Source: Flavobacteriaceae bacterium
GTDB lineage: Bacteria; Bacteroidota; Bacteroidia; Flavobacteriales; Flavobacteriaceae
Length of the DNA: 29,543 nt
Direction: 5' to 3'
Assembly: GCA_045046885.1 (NCBI GenBank)
Contig: JASFYX010000028.1
Coordinates: forward strand, 1-29,543
The position numbers were made by a program, and so were the translations under genes. This document shows positions 1-8,480 of this stretch, piece after piece. How positions within the stretch are numbered: position 1 is the stretch's first letter; every line of letters starts with the position of its first letter. Under the pieces are notes generated by a model. That model saw only the letters and a program-made list of their open reading frames with translations. It was not told the origin of the DNA and made no database searches.

Positions 1-36
1 AGTTGTTGATAATTCATCGGCAATCAGTTTTTTTTT

Positions 37-68
37 CAAATATCGGAAAGTTAACTTTCCGATATTTG
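37..68. terminator. Perfect 32-bp palindrome CAAATATCGGAAAGTT|AACTTTCCGATATTTG, just downstream of the minus-strand secreted-protein gene. Strong hairpin, probably a terminator or protein-binding site.
   Basis: Read directly from the sequence: 16-nt arms that are exact reverse complements with no spacer, preceded by a T9 run at 25-33. The minus-strand gene 95..646 ends about 25 bp away. No clean U-tract follows on the minus strand, so classing it as an intrinsic terminator is tentative. Confidence 0.45.
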
Positions 69-94
69 TTTACTGTTGCACTTATTGTTTGAAC

Positions 95-646
95 TTAGTG
101 TTCAAAATCTAAAGTAGATACGGTTGTACTATTAATTAAATAGCTTATTTTATTGCCTATTTTTTCTATCCTTAGTATATTGTATTTACCTGTACTCCCT
201 TGTTTAATAGCGCTTGATTTTGTCCAAGCTACTAAATCTTTAAAACTACCATTATCATTTTTTGATATTCTATAATAGCCATCGCTTGTTATATTAAATG
301 CGTAAAAAGACCCCTTATCATCTCCTCCAAATGTCAAGCCATAGCCATAACCATCAACACCCGATTTTTTAATAGACAGTGTTTCTATTTTAAAATCTTT
401 ATCAGTATTAATATTTACAGATACGTGCGATTCCCATCCTCCTTTTTCTCTTTTGTGTTCAAAATGATAACTACCATTTCTTACACTTATATCGCGTTTA
501 GCATCATTACCTTCAGGCCAATTGTTTTTATTACTGTCAAAACCGTCAAAAAAAGGCAAACTCTTTCCGCTAACTACGTCTTGCGCAAATAATATTTGTG
601 TCGTTAAAAATAAAATCGAAATAAATAAAAACTTCTTTTTCATCAT
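95..646 (-). CDS. Small secreted hypothetical protein (183 aa) with an N-terminal signal peptide, immediately downstream of the C1 peptidase and apparently co-transcribed with it.
   Basis: The ORF begins MMKKKFLFISILFLTTQILFAQ, a typical Sec signal peptide. It is Gly/Tyr/Asp-rich with no recognisable catalytic motif. A 2-bp gap separates it from the upstream peptidase gene on the same strand. Confidence 0.6.
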   Translation of the reverse strand: MMKKKFLFISILFLTTQILFAQDVVSGKSLPFFDGFDSNKNNWPEGNDAKRDISVRNGSYHFEHKREKGGWESHVSVNINTDKDFKIETLSIKKSGVDGYGYGLTFGGDDKGSFYAFNITSDGYYRISKNDNGSFKDLVAWTKSSAIKQGSTGKYNILRIEKIGNKISYLINSTTVSTLDFEH

Positions 647-648
647 AA

Positions 649-2160
649 TTAATTGTGGTTAATGCTAATAAATACTGGGACTAAATTAGAAGATGAGTTT
701 GACGATTTAGCCGTAAATCCTATACTGTTTTTATCAAACTTAACTTCTTTTGAATTATACATATCGTTTTTAAAATATGTTTTGACTTTAGAAGTAAAAG
801 TACCGCTCCCATATTTTAAACTTTGTACTATTTTTTTTATTTCTAAAGGCTTAGTACTGTATAGAATACATAGAATATCTTTTCCTTTTACATTATCCAT
901 TTCAATAAAATAATCTTCGTTAGGTATGGCCACCTCACTATTACTAAAGCCAAAATAGGCACTGTAATTGTCAAACGGATATAAAGCGTTAACCGATTTA
1001 TCGCCACCACCATAACCAATTAAATAAACATAGGCTGGTTTATCGCTTTTAAAGCGGATTCTAAATTGTGTACCCGATGTGTACGGAGTTGCTACAGAAT
1101 AGGTTGTTTTTTGAGCCGAAACGATGTTAAAGTTTCTACTGGCATCAGGATTCAATTGTACAGGCATATTACTACCACTGCTTAACTGAAGCGTCATAGA
1201 ACCTTGTAAAGCCACAACTTCTGGTTTGGGTTTTGGTTGTGGTTTTGGAGAAGGTTTTGGTTTGGGTGCAGGCGGTGGATTTTTAATATTATCTACCATT
1301 ACATAAGCCGTTTTAACATATTTTTCGAAATCGGCGTAACGCACCCAACCAAATCCGTTGTTACCCCAGCGCGTTCCCCAAGAATTCATCAATTCAAAAG
1401 CACCGCCGTATTTGTTGTCATCGTAACCCATAACTACCATAGCATGGCCGCCTACTTTTCCTACTTGCACACCACTCCAAACACCATTAACTTTATAAAA
1501 GGAACTCGATACACGCATACCAATAACAACTGGATTTTTATTAGCCAATGCCTTTTTAACTTTATCGGCTAGTTTATACGGGTTGTCCCAATTAGCTAGT
1601 TTTAAAAACGTAGCAATTTTATTTTGTTTGGCTAATTGCATACCGTATTGAGAAGGTTTGGAAGAACATTTCTGATCTGAATAAGGGAAATCTTTATACT
1701 TAGTAATGCCATAATTTTTAATAAGATACATAGCATCAGCAATATAAGAGCCCCGTTTACAATAAATATCTTCTTTAGATTTTATGACATTATAAACAAA
1801 AGCGGGCGAATAAATATTCTGATTTATTAGTGAGGTATTGTAAGCCCATCCTTTTTTTACCGCGTTAGAAATAGTACGTGCCGCATAACCACTAGCCCAC
1901 CCTACACAAGAGGGCTGACGCCCCTGACTTAAAGGCGTGGGACAATAAGCCTTTAAACTGTAACTTGACGGAATACTTGTAAAACTGCGCGTTGTAAGCG
2001 GTGCTAATTCTTTTACTTTACTGTACTTTTCTTGGCTAAATAGCAAGCCTGTTGTGTATTGTTCTTGAGAAAATGCGTTACTAAACAGTAAGAAACTTAT
2101 TATTACTAGGCCAATTTTTTTCATAAGAAAGGGTTTAATTTTTGGTTTATTAGAAGTCAT
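649..2160 (-). CDS. Secreted papain-family (C1) cysteine peptidase with a Pro/Lys-rich linker and a C-terminal beta-rich domain resembling the DUF4384-type domain often found C-terminal to Bacteroidota C1 peptidases. The true start is probably the internal Met at nt 2124, where the signal peptide MKKIGLVIISFLLFSNAFSQ begins.
   Basis: Papain-like catalytic signatures:
- oxyanion Gln and catalytic Cys in QGRQPSCVGWASGYA; Cys85 is encoded at nt 1906-1908, verified by reverse complement.
- catalytic His in GGHAMVVMGYDD.
- Asn/Trp in ELMNSWGTRWGNNGFGWV.
The linker reads NPPPAPKPKPSPKPQPKPKPE. The C-terminal domain is about 190 aa. Confidence 0.8.
   Translation of the reverse strand: MTSNKPKIKPFLMKKIGLVIISFLLFSNAFSQEQYTTGLLFSQEKYSKVKELAPLTTRSFTSIPSSYSLKAYCPTPLSQGRQPSCVGWASGYAARTISNAVKKGWAYNTSLINQNIYSPAFVYNVIKSKEDIYCKRGSYIADAMYLIKNYGITKYKDFPYSDQKCSSKPSQYGMQLAKQNKIATFLKLANWDNPYKLADKVKKALANKNPVVIGMRVSSSFYKVNGVWSGVQVGKVGGHAMVVMGYDDNKYGGAFELMNSWGTRWGNNGFGWVRYADFEKYVKTAYVMVDNIKNPPPAPKPKPSPKPQPKPKPEVVALQGSMTLQLSSGSNMPVQLNPDASRNFNIVSAQKTTYSVATPYTSGTQFRIRFKSDKPAYVYLIGYGGGDKSVNALYPFDNYSAYFGFSNSEVAIPNEDYFIEMDNVKGKDILCILYSTKPLEIKKIVQSLKYGSGTFTSKVKTYFKNDMYNSKEVKFDKNSIGFTAKSSNSSSNLVPVFISINHN
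1226..1290 (-). repeat. Degenerate short tandem repeat (GGTTTTGG-type units) encoding the PKP-rich interdomain linker of the C1 peptidase.
   Basis: The plus strand reads ggtttgggttttggttgtggttttggagaaggttttggtttgggtgcaggcggtgg, which translates on the minus strand to PAPKPKPSPKPQPKPKP. Confidence 0.55.
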
Positions 2161-2204
2161 AAAAATAGACTTTTTTTTTGAAGTTACTAAACTAGCTTCT
2201 AAAA

Positions 2205-2240
2205 AGACAAAAAAAAATACGTCAGATGACGTATTTTAGT
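2205..2240 (-). terminator. Rho-independent terminator of folE: an AATACGTCA / TGACGTATT stem flanked by an A-run and a T-run, so it can act in both directions.
   Basis: The plus strand reads aaaaaaaaatacgtcagatgacgtatttt. On the minus strand the hairpin is followed by a T9 run, and it lies 20 bp downstream of the folE stop. Confidence 0.7.
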
Positions 2241-2258
2241 ATGTTGTAATTCTGTAAT

Positions 2259-2975
2259 TTAAGACAGATTAAAATTGGTTTCTAACTTTATATAATCTAA
2301 AAACTCTTGCCTCACTTTGGTGTCTTTAAATACACCTCCAAATTCTGCTGTAACCGTACTGCTGGCAATATCTCTAATGCCACGTGAGTTAACACATAAA
2401 TGTTTGGCGTCAATAACACACGCCACATCTTCTGTACCCAAAGCTTTTTGTAAGGATTGAACCACTTGCATAGTTAAGCGCTCTTGCACTTGAGGACGCT
2501 TGGCAAAATAATCGACTATACGGTTCATTTTAGACAAGCCAATAACGCGACCTTTAGAAATATAAGCCACATGGGCTCGTCCTATAATGGGTAAAAAATG
2601 ATGTTCACAGGTTGTGTAGAGTACAATGTTTTTCTCTACCAACATTTCACCATATTTGTAATTATTGTCGAAAGTGGATAACTTGGGTTTTTTAGCGGGA
2701 TTTAAACCCGAAAATAATTCGTTTACAAAAGCTTTAGCTACACGTTTTGGCGTACCTTTTAAACTATCGTCATTTAAGTCTAAGCCAAGTGTTTCTAAAA
2801 TATTTTTAAAATCGACTGTTATTGCCGCAATTTTTTCTTCATCCGTCATCTTAAAGGCCTCTTTTCGCATAGGTGTAGTAGCCGATGTACTTATATGATC
2901 GTCTCCTATATCGTCAATTTCAAACTGACTTTTACCATTTTTTCCTTCGAACATAGTAATTAATTTAGCTTGCAA
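2259..2975 (-). CDS. folE: GTP cyclohydrolase I (FolE). The true start may be an internal Met (M36 or M43), because the N-terminal 40 aa extend beyond typical FolE length.
   Basis: Conserved FolE core LYTTCEHHFLPIIGRAHVAYISKGRVIGLSKMNRIVDYFAKRPQVQERLT, containing the Cys/His zinc-binding motif. Confidence 0.93.
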   Translation of the reverse strand: MQAKLITMFEGKNGKSQFEIDDIGDDHISTSATTPMRKEAFKMTDEEKIAAITVDFKNILETLGLDLNDDSLKGTPKRVAKAFVNELFSGLNPAKKPKLSTFDNNYKYGEMLVEKNIVLYTTCEHHFLPIIGRAHVAYISKGRVIGLSKMNRIVDYFAKRPQVQERLTMQVVQSLQKALGTEDVACVIDAKHLCVNSRGIRDIASSTVTAEFGGVFKDTKVRQEFLDYIKLETNFNLS

Positions 2976-2977
2976 AG

Positions 2978-4690
2978 TTATGAATTCTTTAGCAACTCAA
3001 TGAGTTCTTTTAAAGAACAATTTTGCTGCGTACCACTCTGCATATTTTTTAATGTAAATTCTTTGTTTTCTATTTCAGAACTTCCTGCTAAAACCACAAA
3101 ATCTATCTGGCGTTTATTGGCATAAGTCATCTGTTTTTTCATCTTAGCCTTATCGGGATAGAGCTCTGCACTTATATTGTTTTGACGTAATTCTTTGATG
3201 GTGTTTACAGCGTATAAAGCTTCTGTTGCCCCAAAATTGATAAACAATACTTTGGGCTTTGGCAAAGCAACTGCTTCAAACAAATTACTTTCTTCTAAAG
3301 CCAAATAAATACGGTCTAAACCGAATGATATACCAATACCACTCACATTTTTTAGACCAAAAATACCTGTTAAATCGTCGTAACGACCGCCACCACCAAT
3401 AGAACCTATTTTTACACCCGTGGCTTCTACTTCGTAAATAGCACCTGTATAATAATTTAAGCCACGTGCTAAAGTAACGTCTATTTCTAAAGTGGCACTT
3501 TGTAAACCAATAGTTTCTATGGCATCTGTTACAAATTGCAACTCCTCTACACCTTTTGTACCTTCAATAGAATTGGCCAACATTTTGCGCAATTCTGCCA
3601 GTTTATTTTTATTTGTGCCTTTAAAGTGGAATAATGGTTGCACTTTATCAATTGCTTCTTTACTGATACCTTTTGCCAACATTTCTTTGGTAACGCCTTC
3701 TACGCCTATCTTATCTAGCTTATCTAAAGCTACCGTGAAGTCGATTAACTTGTCTTTAGCGCCGATTATTTCGGCCAAGCCGGATAATATTTTTCGGTTG
3801 TTTAATTTGATTACAACAGGAGATAATTTTAATCTGGTAAACACATCGTCGTACAATTGTACAAAAGCGACTTCTTGCCATAAGGACTTACTGCCTACCA
3901 CATCGGCATCACACTGATAAAATTCTCTAAAGCGTCCTTTTTGAGGACGGTCTGCCCGCCAAACGGGTTGCATTTGATAGCGTTTAAACGGAAAAGTAAT
4001 GTCGTTTTGGTGTTGTACCACATAACGTGCAAAGGGTACGGTAAGGTCGTAACGCAAGGCTTTTTCTGAGATAAATGGGGTTATATAATTAGACTCAATG
4101 ATATTAAAATATTTATTATAAAGATATTGCGATTTTCTTTTTAACTGAAATGATGTCATTTTAGAAAAATTTTCCAAACGATAAGTAGTTTTGCCGACAC
4201 TTGATAAAATTAATTTTATAAATTTTTCATGTGAAAATATACCTTTAATTTTTTTGTCTTTTGAAAAATTTTCTTCAAGAAATTTCCTTATTTTAAAACT
4301 TGCATTTTTTTCAATTTTATTCAATATTTCCACTAAATCATCATGCTTATAGATGTCTATTTCACCTAACTCAAAATCAATCAAAAATTCTTGATTTTCT
4401 TTCAAAATATCATAAATAACTTCACAAAATACTTTCCTATATTTCTTATAATTATTTTTATATTTTAGAAAATAATCACCAGATTCTAAAATCTTAAATA
4501 TCAACCTATCCCCTTCTTCGCCGTATTTCCCCATAAGGGTACTGCTGTTTTCAAAAGCCGGTGTTTCTATTGGCATAAAGCCAAACAACTCAAACGATTT
4601 TTTAATGGTATTAAATATATATTGGCGCTGTGCCACTTCTGTGGGAGAGAAATCTCTAGTGCCTTTTGGTATGCTTGGTTTAACCGCCAT
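2978..4690 (-). CDS. hisS: Histidine--tRNA ligase (class II HisRS) with an atypical in-frame insertion of about 115 aa between motif 1 and the HisA/motif 2 region.
   Basis: - N-terminus: [11 protein letters not shown].
- Motif 1 region: [12 protein letters not shown].
- HisA: [14 protein letters not shown].
- Motif 2: [27 protein letters not shown].
- Motif 3 / GLDR: GGGRYDDL ... GISFGLDRI.
- C-terminal anticodon-binding domain.
The total length is 570 aa against about 450 aa for typical HisRS. The extra residues ([10 protein letters not shown]...IIESNYI) come from a very AT-rich stretch at nt 4130-4500. Confidence 0.92.
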   Translation of the reverse strand: MAVKPSIPKGTRDFSPTEVAQRQYIFNTIKKSFELFGFMPIETPAFENSSTLMGKYGEEGDRLIFKILESGDYFLKYKNNYKKYRKVFCEVIYDILKENQEFLIDFELGEIDIYKHDDLVEILNKIEKNASFKIRKFLEENFSKDKKIKGIFSHEKFIKLILSSVGKTTYRLENFSKMTSFQLKRKSQYLYNKYFNIIESNYITPFISEKALRYDLTVPFARYVVQHQNDITFPFKRYQMQPVWRADRPQKGRFREFYQCDADVVGSKSLWQEVAFVQLYDDVFTRLKLSPVVIKLNNRKILSGLAEIIGAKDKLIDFTVALDKLDKIGVEGVTKEMLAKGISKEAIDKVQPLFHFKGTNKNKLAELRKMLANSIEGTKGVEELQFVTDAIETIGLQSATLEIDVTLARGLNYYTGAIYEVEATGVKIGSIGGGGRYDDLTGIFGLKNVSGIGISFGLDRIYLALEESNLFEAVALPKPKVLFINFGATEALYAVNTIKELRQNNISAELYPDKAKMKKQMTYANKRQIDFVVLAGSSEIENKEFTLKNMQSGTQQNCSLKELIELLKNS

Positions 4691-4734
4691 GGTTTGTTTT
4701 CAATTTTAAAGTTGCAAATATCCTAAAAACTAGG

Positions 4735-5463
4735 CTATTTATCTAGTAAAAGTCGTGCATTTTCTAAATCTTCGGGTGTATCTATCCCAATGGGGTTGTA
4801 ATTAATCTCAACCATTTTAACAGGCATATTGTTATGGATAAAGCGTAGGTTTTCTAACTTTTCAATTTTTTCTAGAGGTGCCATCGGTAAATTAGTAAAA
4901 TCTATAAGGGCTTGTTTTCTAAAGGCGTAAATCCCTATATGCTTAAAATATTTAATGTCTATTTTAGCCCTGTTATACGGAATAACAGACCGCGAAAAAT
5001 ACCGTGCAAAATTATTTTTATCGACCACCACTTTTACGTTGTTCGGATTTTCTATGTCTTTGATATCCGTTAAAGAGGTCATTAAAGAGGCTAAAGCAAT
5101 CTTATTTTCTGTGTCGTTTTTAAAAACCGCCAGCAATGATGCCAAGGTATCTTTATTGGTAAAAGGTTCGTCACCTTGCACGTTAATCACAATATCTATA
5201 TCCATATTGGCAACAGCCTCTGCAATGCGGTCACTCCCACTTTCGTGTACTTTTAAACTCATAATGGCTTTACCGCCATTGTTGGTAATTTCGTCGAAAA
5301 TAATTTGACTGTCGGTAACAACATAAACGTCGTCAAACAAACGGGTGTTTACAGCAGCTAAATAAGTAGTCAATATAACCGATTTACCTCCCAAATCTTT
5401 CATGAGTTTACCCGAAAAGCGCGAGGCGTCATAACGGGCGGGTATCATTGCTATTATTTTCAT
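4735..5463 (-). CDS. kdsB: 3-deoxy-manno-octulosonate cytidylyltransferase (CMP-KDO synthetase).
   Basis: N-terminal [24 protein letters not shown], the NTP-transferase P-loop-like motif of KdsB, plus QGDEPF. Length 242 aa. Confidence 0.9.
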   Translation of the reverse strand: MKIIAMIPARYDASRFSGKLMKDLGGKSVILTTYLAAVNTRLFDDVYVVTDSQIIFDEITNNGGKAIMSLKVHESGSDRIAEAVANMDIDIVINVQGDEPFTNKDTLASLLAVFKNDTENKIALASLMTSLTDIKDIENPNNVKVVVDKNNFARYFSRSVIPYNRAKIDIKYFKHIGIYAFRKQALIDFTNLPMAPLEKIEKLENLRFIHNNMPVKMVEINYNPIGIDTPEDLENARLLLDK

Positions 5464-5735
5464 GTAAATGAATTAAGGAGCGAAGTTAAGAATTATAGTT
5501 TAAAAACAACTTCTTCAAAAGTTCAACTTTGTGTTTTTATAATTTTCTTCACCTCCGTTGACATCCTCTTTATATTTAAAACACACGCTTTCACTTTATA
5601 GCACTGTGCCTTATAACCCAACTAATATCCTAAAAGAGATATGTGCTCTTTAAAAAGATTAATACTTAACCTTGTCCTTCCCTTAAAATATCGTAAATTG
5701 TACCCTGCTAATTTTAAGCTTTTTATCTTTCAGTT

Positions 5736-7661
5736 TTGAAAACTCTTAAACGCAGATATAAAATTTCATCCCTCTTGTTTTTCTTGCTATTTTTCATTCC
5801 TATATTTGTATTTTCTCAAGATAATTTAACACTGCGGAAGAAGGAATTTTATAAAAGTCTAGACTCAGAAAAATTATATGTCAAAAATTTAAACATTGGC
5901 GCTAGAAGGTACACATTTAAGCAGGAGAATTTACAGAAATATTATAGTCAACTATTAAAAGAATATCAAGAAAAAAAATCTGCATCAAATAATTTACAGA
6001 AGGCAATTTGGCTGTATGAAATTGGATATATTCAAATAAGCCTTAATAGAGCAGCTTTAGCCACTAAAACTTTTGAAAAGGCTTTAAAACGGATTGATAA
6101 ACATAAAAATAAACGGGCCTATAAATATCTCAACATAGAGTTGGCCGATGCCTATAGACATACTGGTCAAAAGAAAAAATCTAATGATATTTTTACCGAG
6201 CTTTTAAAATTACCCTTGATTAAAAAAGATACCGTTATAAAAATATGGTGTCTTCGTATAATGTCAGAAAATTACGAAATTTTAAAAGAATATCAAAAAG
6301 CCATGAAGTTGTCGTTACAGCTATATAAACATTCTCTTAAGATTAAAGATTATGATGATGCTTCTTATAAACTTATTCAGATGGGCAGGATAGCGTCTTA
6401 TATTGAGCATGATACGGCCTACTTTGAATACTTTCATTTGGCAAACAAGATGGCTCAAAAATCGGGTGTAAAAAGTCGTATTGGCAATAATTTGGTCAAT
6501 ACAGGAATCGCTTATCGCAAAGCAGGGTATCCTTTAAAATCATTAAAATATCTACTAGATGCAGAATCATATGCCACTAGCTATACATCTTATGGGTATA
6601 TCTATAATTTACTAGGCTTAAGTGCAACTTATTCTAGTCTAGACAATATTCCACAAGCTTTTTCTTATGCTAAAAAAGCCTTTAAAATTGCTAAGGAAAT
6701 AGATGCCTTCAATTATTTATTTGATTCAAACCTCAAATTGGCGAATTGTTTTATAAAAATGAACCAAAATGATTCTGCTAGAATCTATTTAAAAAAAGCA
6801 TTAAGATTAGATAGAATAAACGAGAATACTAATCAATCTATAAATTTATATAAGCAGTTATCAGATATTAGTATTAAGCTTAAGGACTATGCCTCTGCCG
6901 TAGCCTACTTAGATTCATCATATCTTAAATACACCAAATTTATCACTAATACTAATGATGATAAATTGGCGCAGTTAAAGGTTGAATCTGATTATTATAT
7001 CCATATGGAAAGGATAACAGCATTGATTTCTAGGAACAGAGTTGAAAAAGAAAAAAGCAAATATTTTCTTATAATTATCATAAATACTTCTATAGCTCTT
7101 TTAATAACCATACTTTTAGTGTTAATTATTAGGCAAAGACTCCATCAGCTTAAAGAATCTCATTTTAACTTGGTTAAGAAAAATATAGAGCTTGATAGGT
7201 TGAATCATAAATTATACGAGTGTGAAATAACACCAAAGAGAAAAATAAAACTAGAACATGTTAAAGATGAAGGACTTATAATAGCAAAATTAAAAAGGTT
7301 TTTACACAAAGATGAAATTTTTAAAAATTCTGATTTATCGCTTATAAGTTTAGCCGAATTATTAAAAACCAATACGTCTTATCTTTCTGCTATTATAAAT
7401 AATCATTTTCACTGTAACCTGAGAAGCCTTCTTAATAAATACCGAATTGATAAAGCCAGAAAAATGTTAATCTCTAATAAATTTAAACATTATAGTATGG
7501 AGGGGATTTCTGTAGAGGTTGGTTTTAAATCGCGTTCTGTATTTTATCAAACATTTAAAAACATTACAGGATTAACGCCTACTCTTTATGTTAAAAACTA
7601 TACGTCTGCTTCGCAAGATTTAGAAAATTTGAAAGATTCTAAAATTGAACACGCCTTTTAA
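5736..7661 (+). CDS. Transmembrane one-component regulator: signal peptide, extracytoplasmic TPR repeat region, a single TM helix, and a cytoplasmic C-terminal AraC-family HTH domain. The ORF track starts it at a TTG codon.
   Basis: - N-terminus: LLFFLLFFIPIFVFSQ.
- TPR-like repeats across aa 90-400.
- TM helix: YFLIIIINTSIALLITILLVLII, around aa 430-455.
- C-terminal AraC HTH: GISVEVGFKSRSVFYQTFKNITGLTPTLYVKN.
The start codon at 5736 is TTG and there is no in-frame ATG nearby, so the start is uncertain. Confidence 0.8.
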   Translation: MKTLKRRYKISSLLFFLLFFIPIFVFSQDNLTLRKKEFYKSLDSEKLYVKNLNIGARRYTFKQENLQKYYSQLLKEYQEKKSASNNLQKAIWLYEIGYIQISLNRAALATKTFEKALKRIDKHKNKRAYKYLNIELADAYRHTGQKKKSNDIFTELLKLPLIKKDTVIKIWCLRIMSENYEILKEYQKAMKLSLQLYKHSLKIKDYDDASYKLIQMGRIASYIEHDTAYFEYFHLANKMAQKSGVKSRIGNNLVNTGIAYRKAGYPLKSLKYLLDAESYATSYTSYGYIYNLLGLSATYSSLDNIPQAFSYAKKAFKIAKEIDAFNYLFDSNLKLANCFIKMNQNDSARIYLKKALRLDRINENTNQSINLYKQLSDISIKLKDYASAVAYLDSSYLKYTKFITNTNDDKLAQLKVESDYYIHMERITALISRNRVEKEKSKYFLIIIINTSIALLITILLVLIIRQRLHQLKESHFNLVKKNIELDRLNHKLYECEITPKRKIKLEHVKDEGLIIAKLKRFLHKDEIFKNSDLSLISLAELLKTNTSYLSAIINNHFHCNLRSLLNKYRIDKARKMLISNKFKHYSMEGISVEVGFKSRSVFYQTFKNITGLTPTLYVKNYTSASQDLENLKDSKIEHAF

Positions 7662-7759
7662 ATCCTTTCGATTAAGCTTCTCAAATAAATAGCTGATAAT
7701 AAAAAACTTATCTAACTACTTCTTATGCTGTCCTGTTTTATAAACCAAGACATACAAAT

Positions 7760-7804
7760 CTTGTACAATAATAATTATCTCCTATACTTTGTACAACAAT
7801 AAAA
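7760..7804 (+). promoter_or_regulatory. Two copies of the self-complementary octamer TTGTACAA, each followed by an AT-rich tail ((T/C)AATAA), about 28 bp apart in the 5' region of the lipoprotein/metalloprotease operon. Candidate operator, possibly for the adjacent AraC-type regulator, and/or promoter elements.
   Basis: cTTGTACAATAATAA at 7760-7774 and tTTGTACAACAATAAAA at 7788-7804. TTGTACAA is a perfect palindrome. The site is 25-65 bp upstream of the ATG at 7827. Confidence 0.35.
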
Positions 7805-7826
7805 TCTGATTAAAAAGGAAACAATT

Positions 7827-8480
7827 ATGAAAACCTTAATAATCTATTCAACGCTTCTAATAATTTCTGTAATACTATTGATAAATTGTAGTAGTAGTAT
7901 TAATAACACACCTGTTTTTGTAAACAATAAATACCTAAATTATTTACCTGCTATTGCAAAAAAATACACACGTATCTGCAAAGAAAAAGAACTCAACAAT
8001 TCTGTAGAAATAAATGAGGCGTATAGATTAGATAAAGAACTAAAGCTTCTAGAAAGAGAATGGGGTACTAAAATATCTAAAAGCAACAATACAAACCCTT
8101 TTACTACCGCACTGCCTTTTAAAACATTACCTAGCATAAATTACACTATCAACCAGATAACTGTTATACGAGACAAAGTTTATAAAACCTGTATCATTAT
8201 AAAGTTTGATGTAATAATTACTAAAGATATTAAAAATGCATACGATGGGTTTCAAAAAAACCTTTTTATATACTATAAAGCTGTTGATAACAAGGGAAAG
8301 GAAATACCAAAAACAACTTCAATAGCTACAAATTACAATAGAGATAATTTAAAATCTGGTTTTACTTTCTCTATTTTAGGTCAACTAGGTCCTTTAGCAC
8401 AACTCGAAAACTTCGCAAAAATCAATTTGATATCTCAAGAAGAATACAACAACAAGAAATATAAAAATATAGCACCATGA
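7827..8480 (+). CDS. Hypothetical lipoprotein (217 aa), translationally coupled to the downstream T9SS metalloprotease through an ATGA overlap.
   Basis: Signal peptide with a lipobox (MKTLIIYSTLLIISVILLINC-SSS). Its stop overlaps the start of the next gene by 4 nt. No recognisable enzymatic motif. Confidence 0.6.
   Translation: MKTLIIYSTLLIISVILLINCSSSINNTPVFVNNKYLNYLPAIAKKYTRICKEKELNNSVEINEAYRLDKELKLLEREWGTKISKSNNTNPFTTALPFKTLPSINYTINQITVIRDKVYKTCIIIKFDVIITKDIKNAYDGFQKNLFIYYKAVDNKGKEIPKTTSIATNYNRDNLKSGFTFSILGQLGPLAQLENFAKINLISQEEYNNKKYKNIAP

Noticed and set aside
2259-2390. Unusually long N-terminus of folE (238 aa against about 200-225 aa)
   Set aside because: This is probably just an upstream in-frame Met. 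An internal start at M36 or M43 gives a standard-length FolE. It does not indicate a fusion.
3492-3917. 141-aa plus-strand ORF antisense to hisS, plus the other short antisense ORFs: 653..913, 1237..1572, 2665..2898, 4955..5308, 7940..8137, 9095..9283, 9424..9618, 11980..12171, 12943..13146, 19793..20074, 21857..22105, 23081..23332, 27127..27327, 28114..28311 and 28840..29082
   Set aside because: Each is embedded antisense or out-of-frame within a longer ORF that has clear conserved motifs. They have odd, low-complexity compositions and no start context, so they are treated as shadow ORFs.
4130-4500. Possibility that the hisS insertion is a mini-intein
   Set aside because: The insert does not begin with Cys/Ser/Thr at a plausible splice junction and does not end with His-Asn followed by a nucleophile. 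No intein blocks A/B/F/G are recognisable, and it is shorter than typical mini-inteins. It is retained as an inserted domain of unknown nature.
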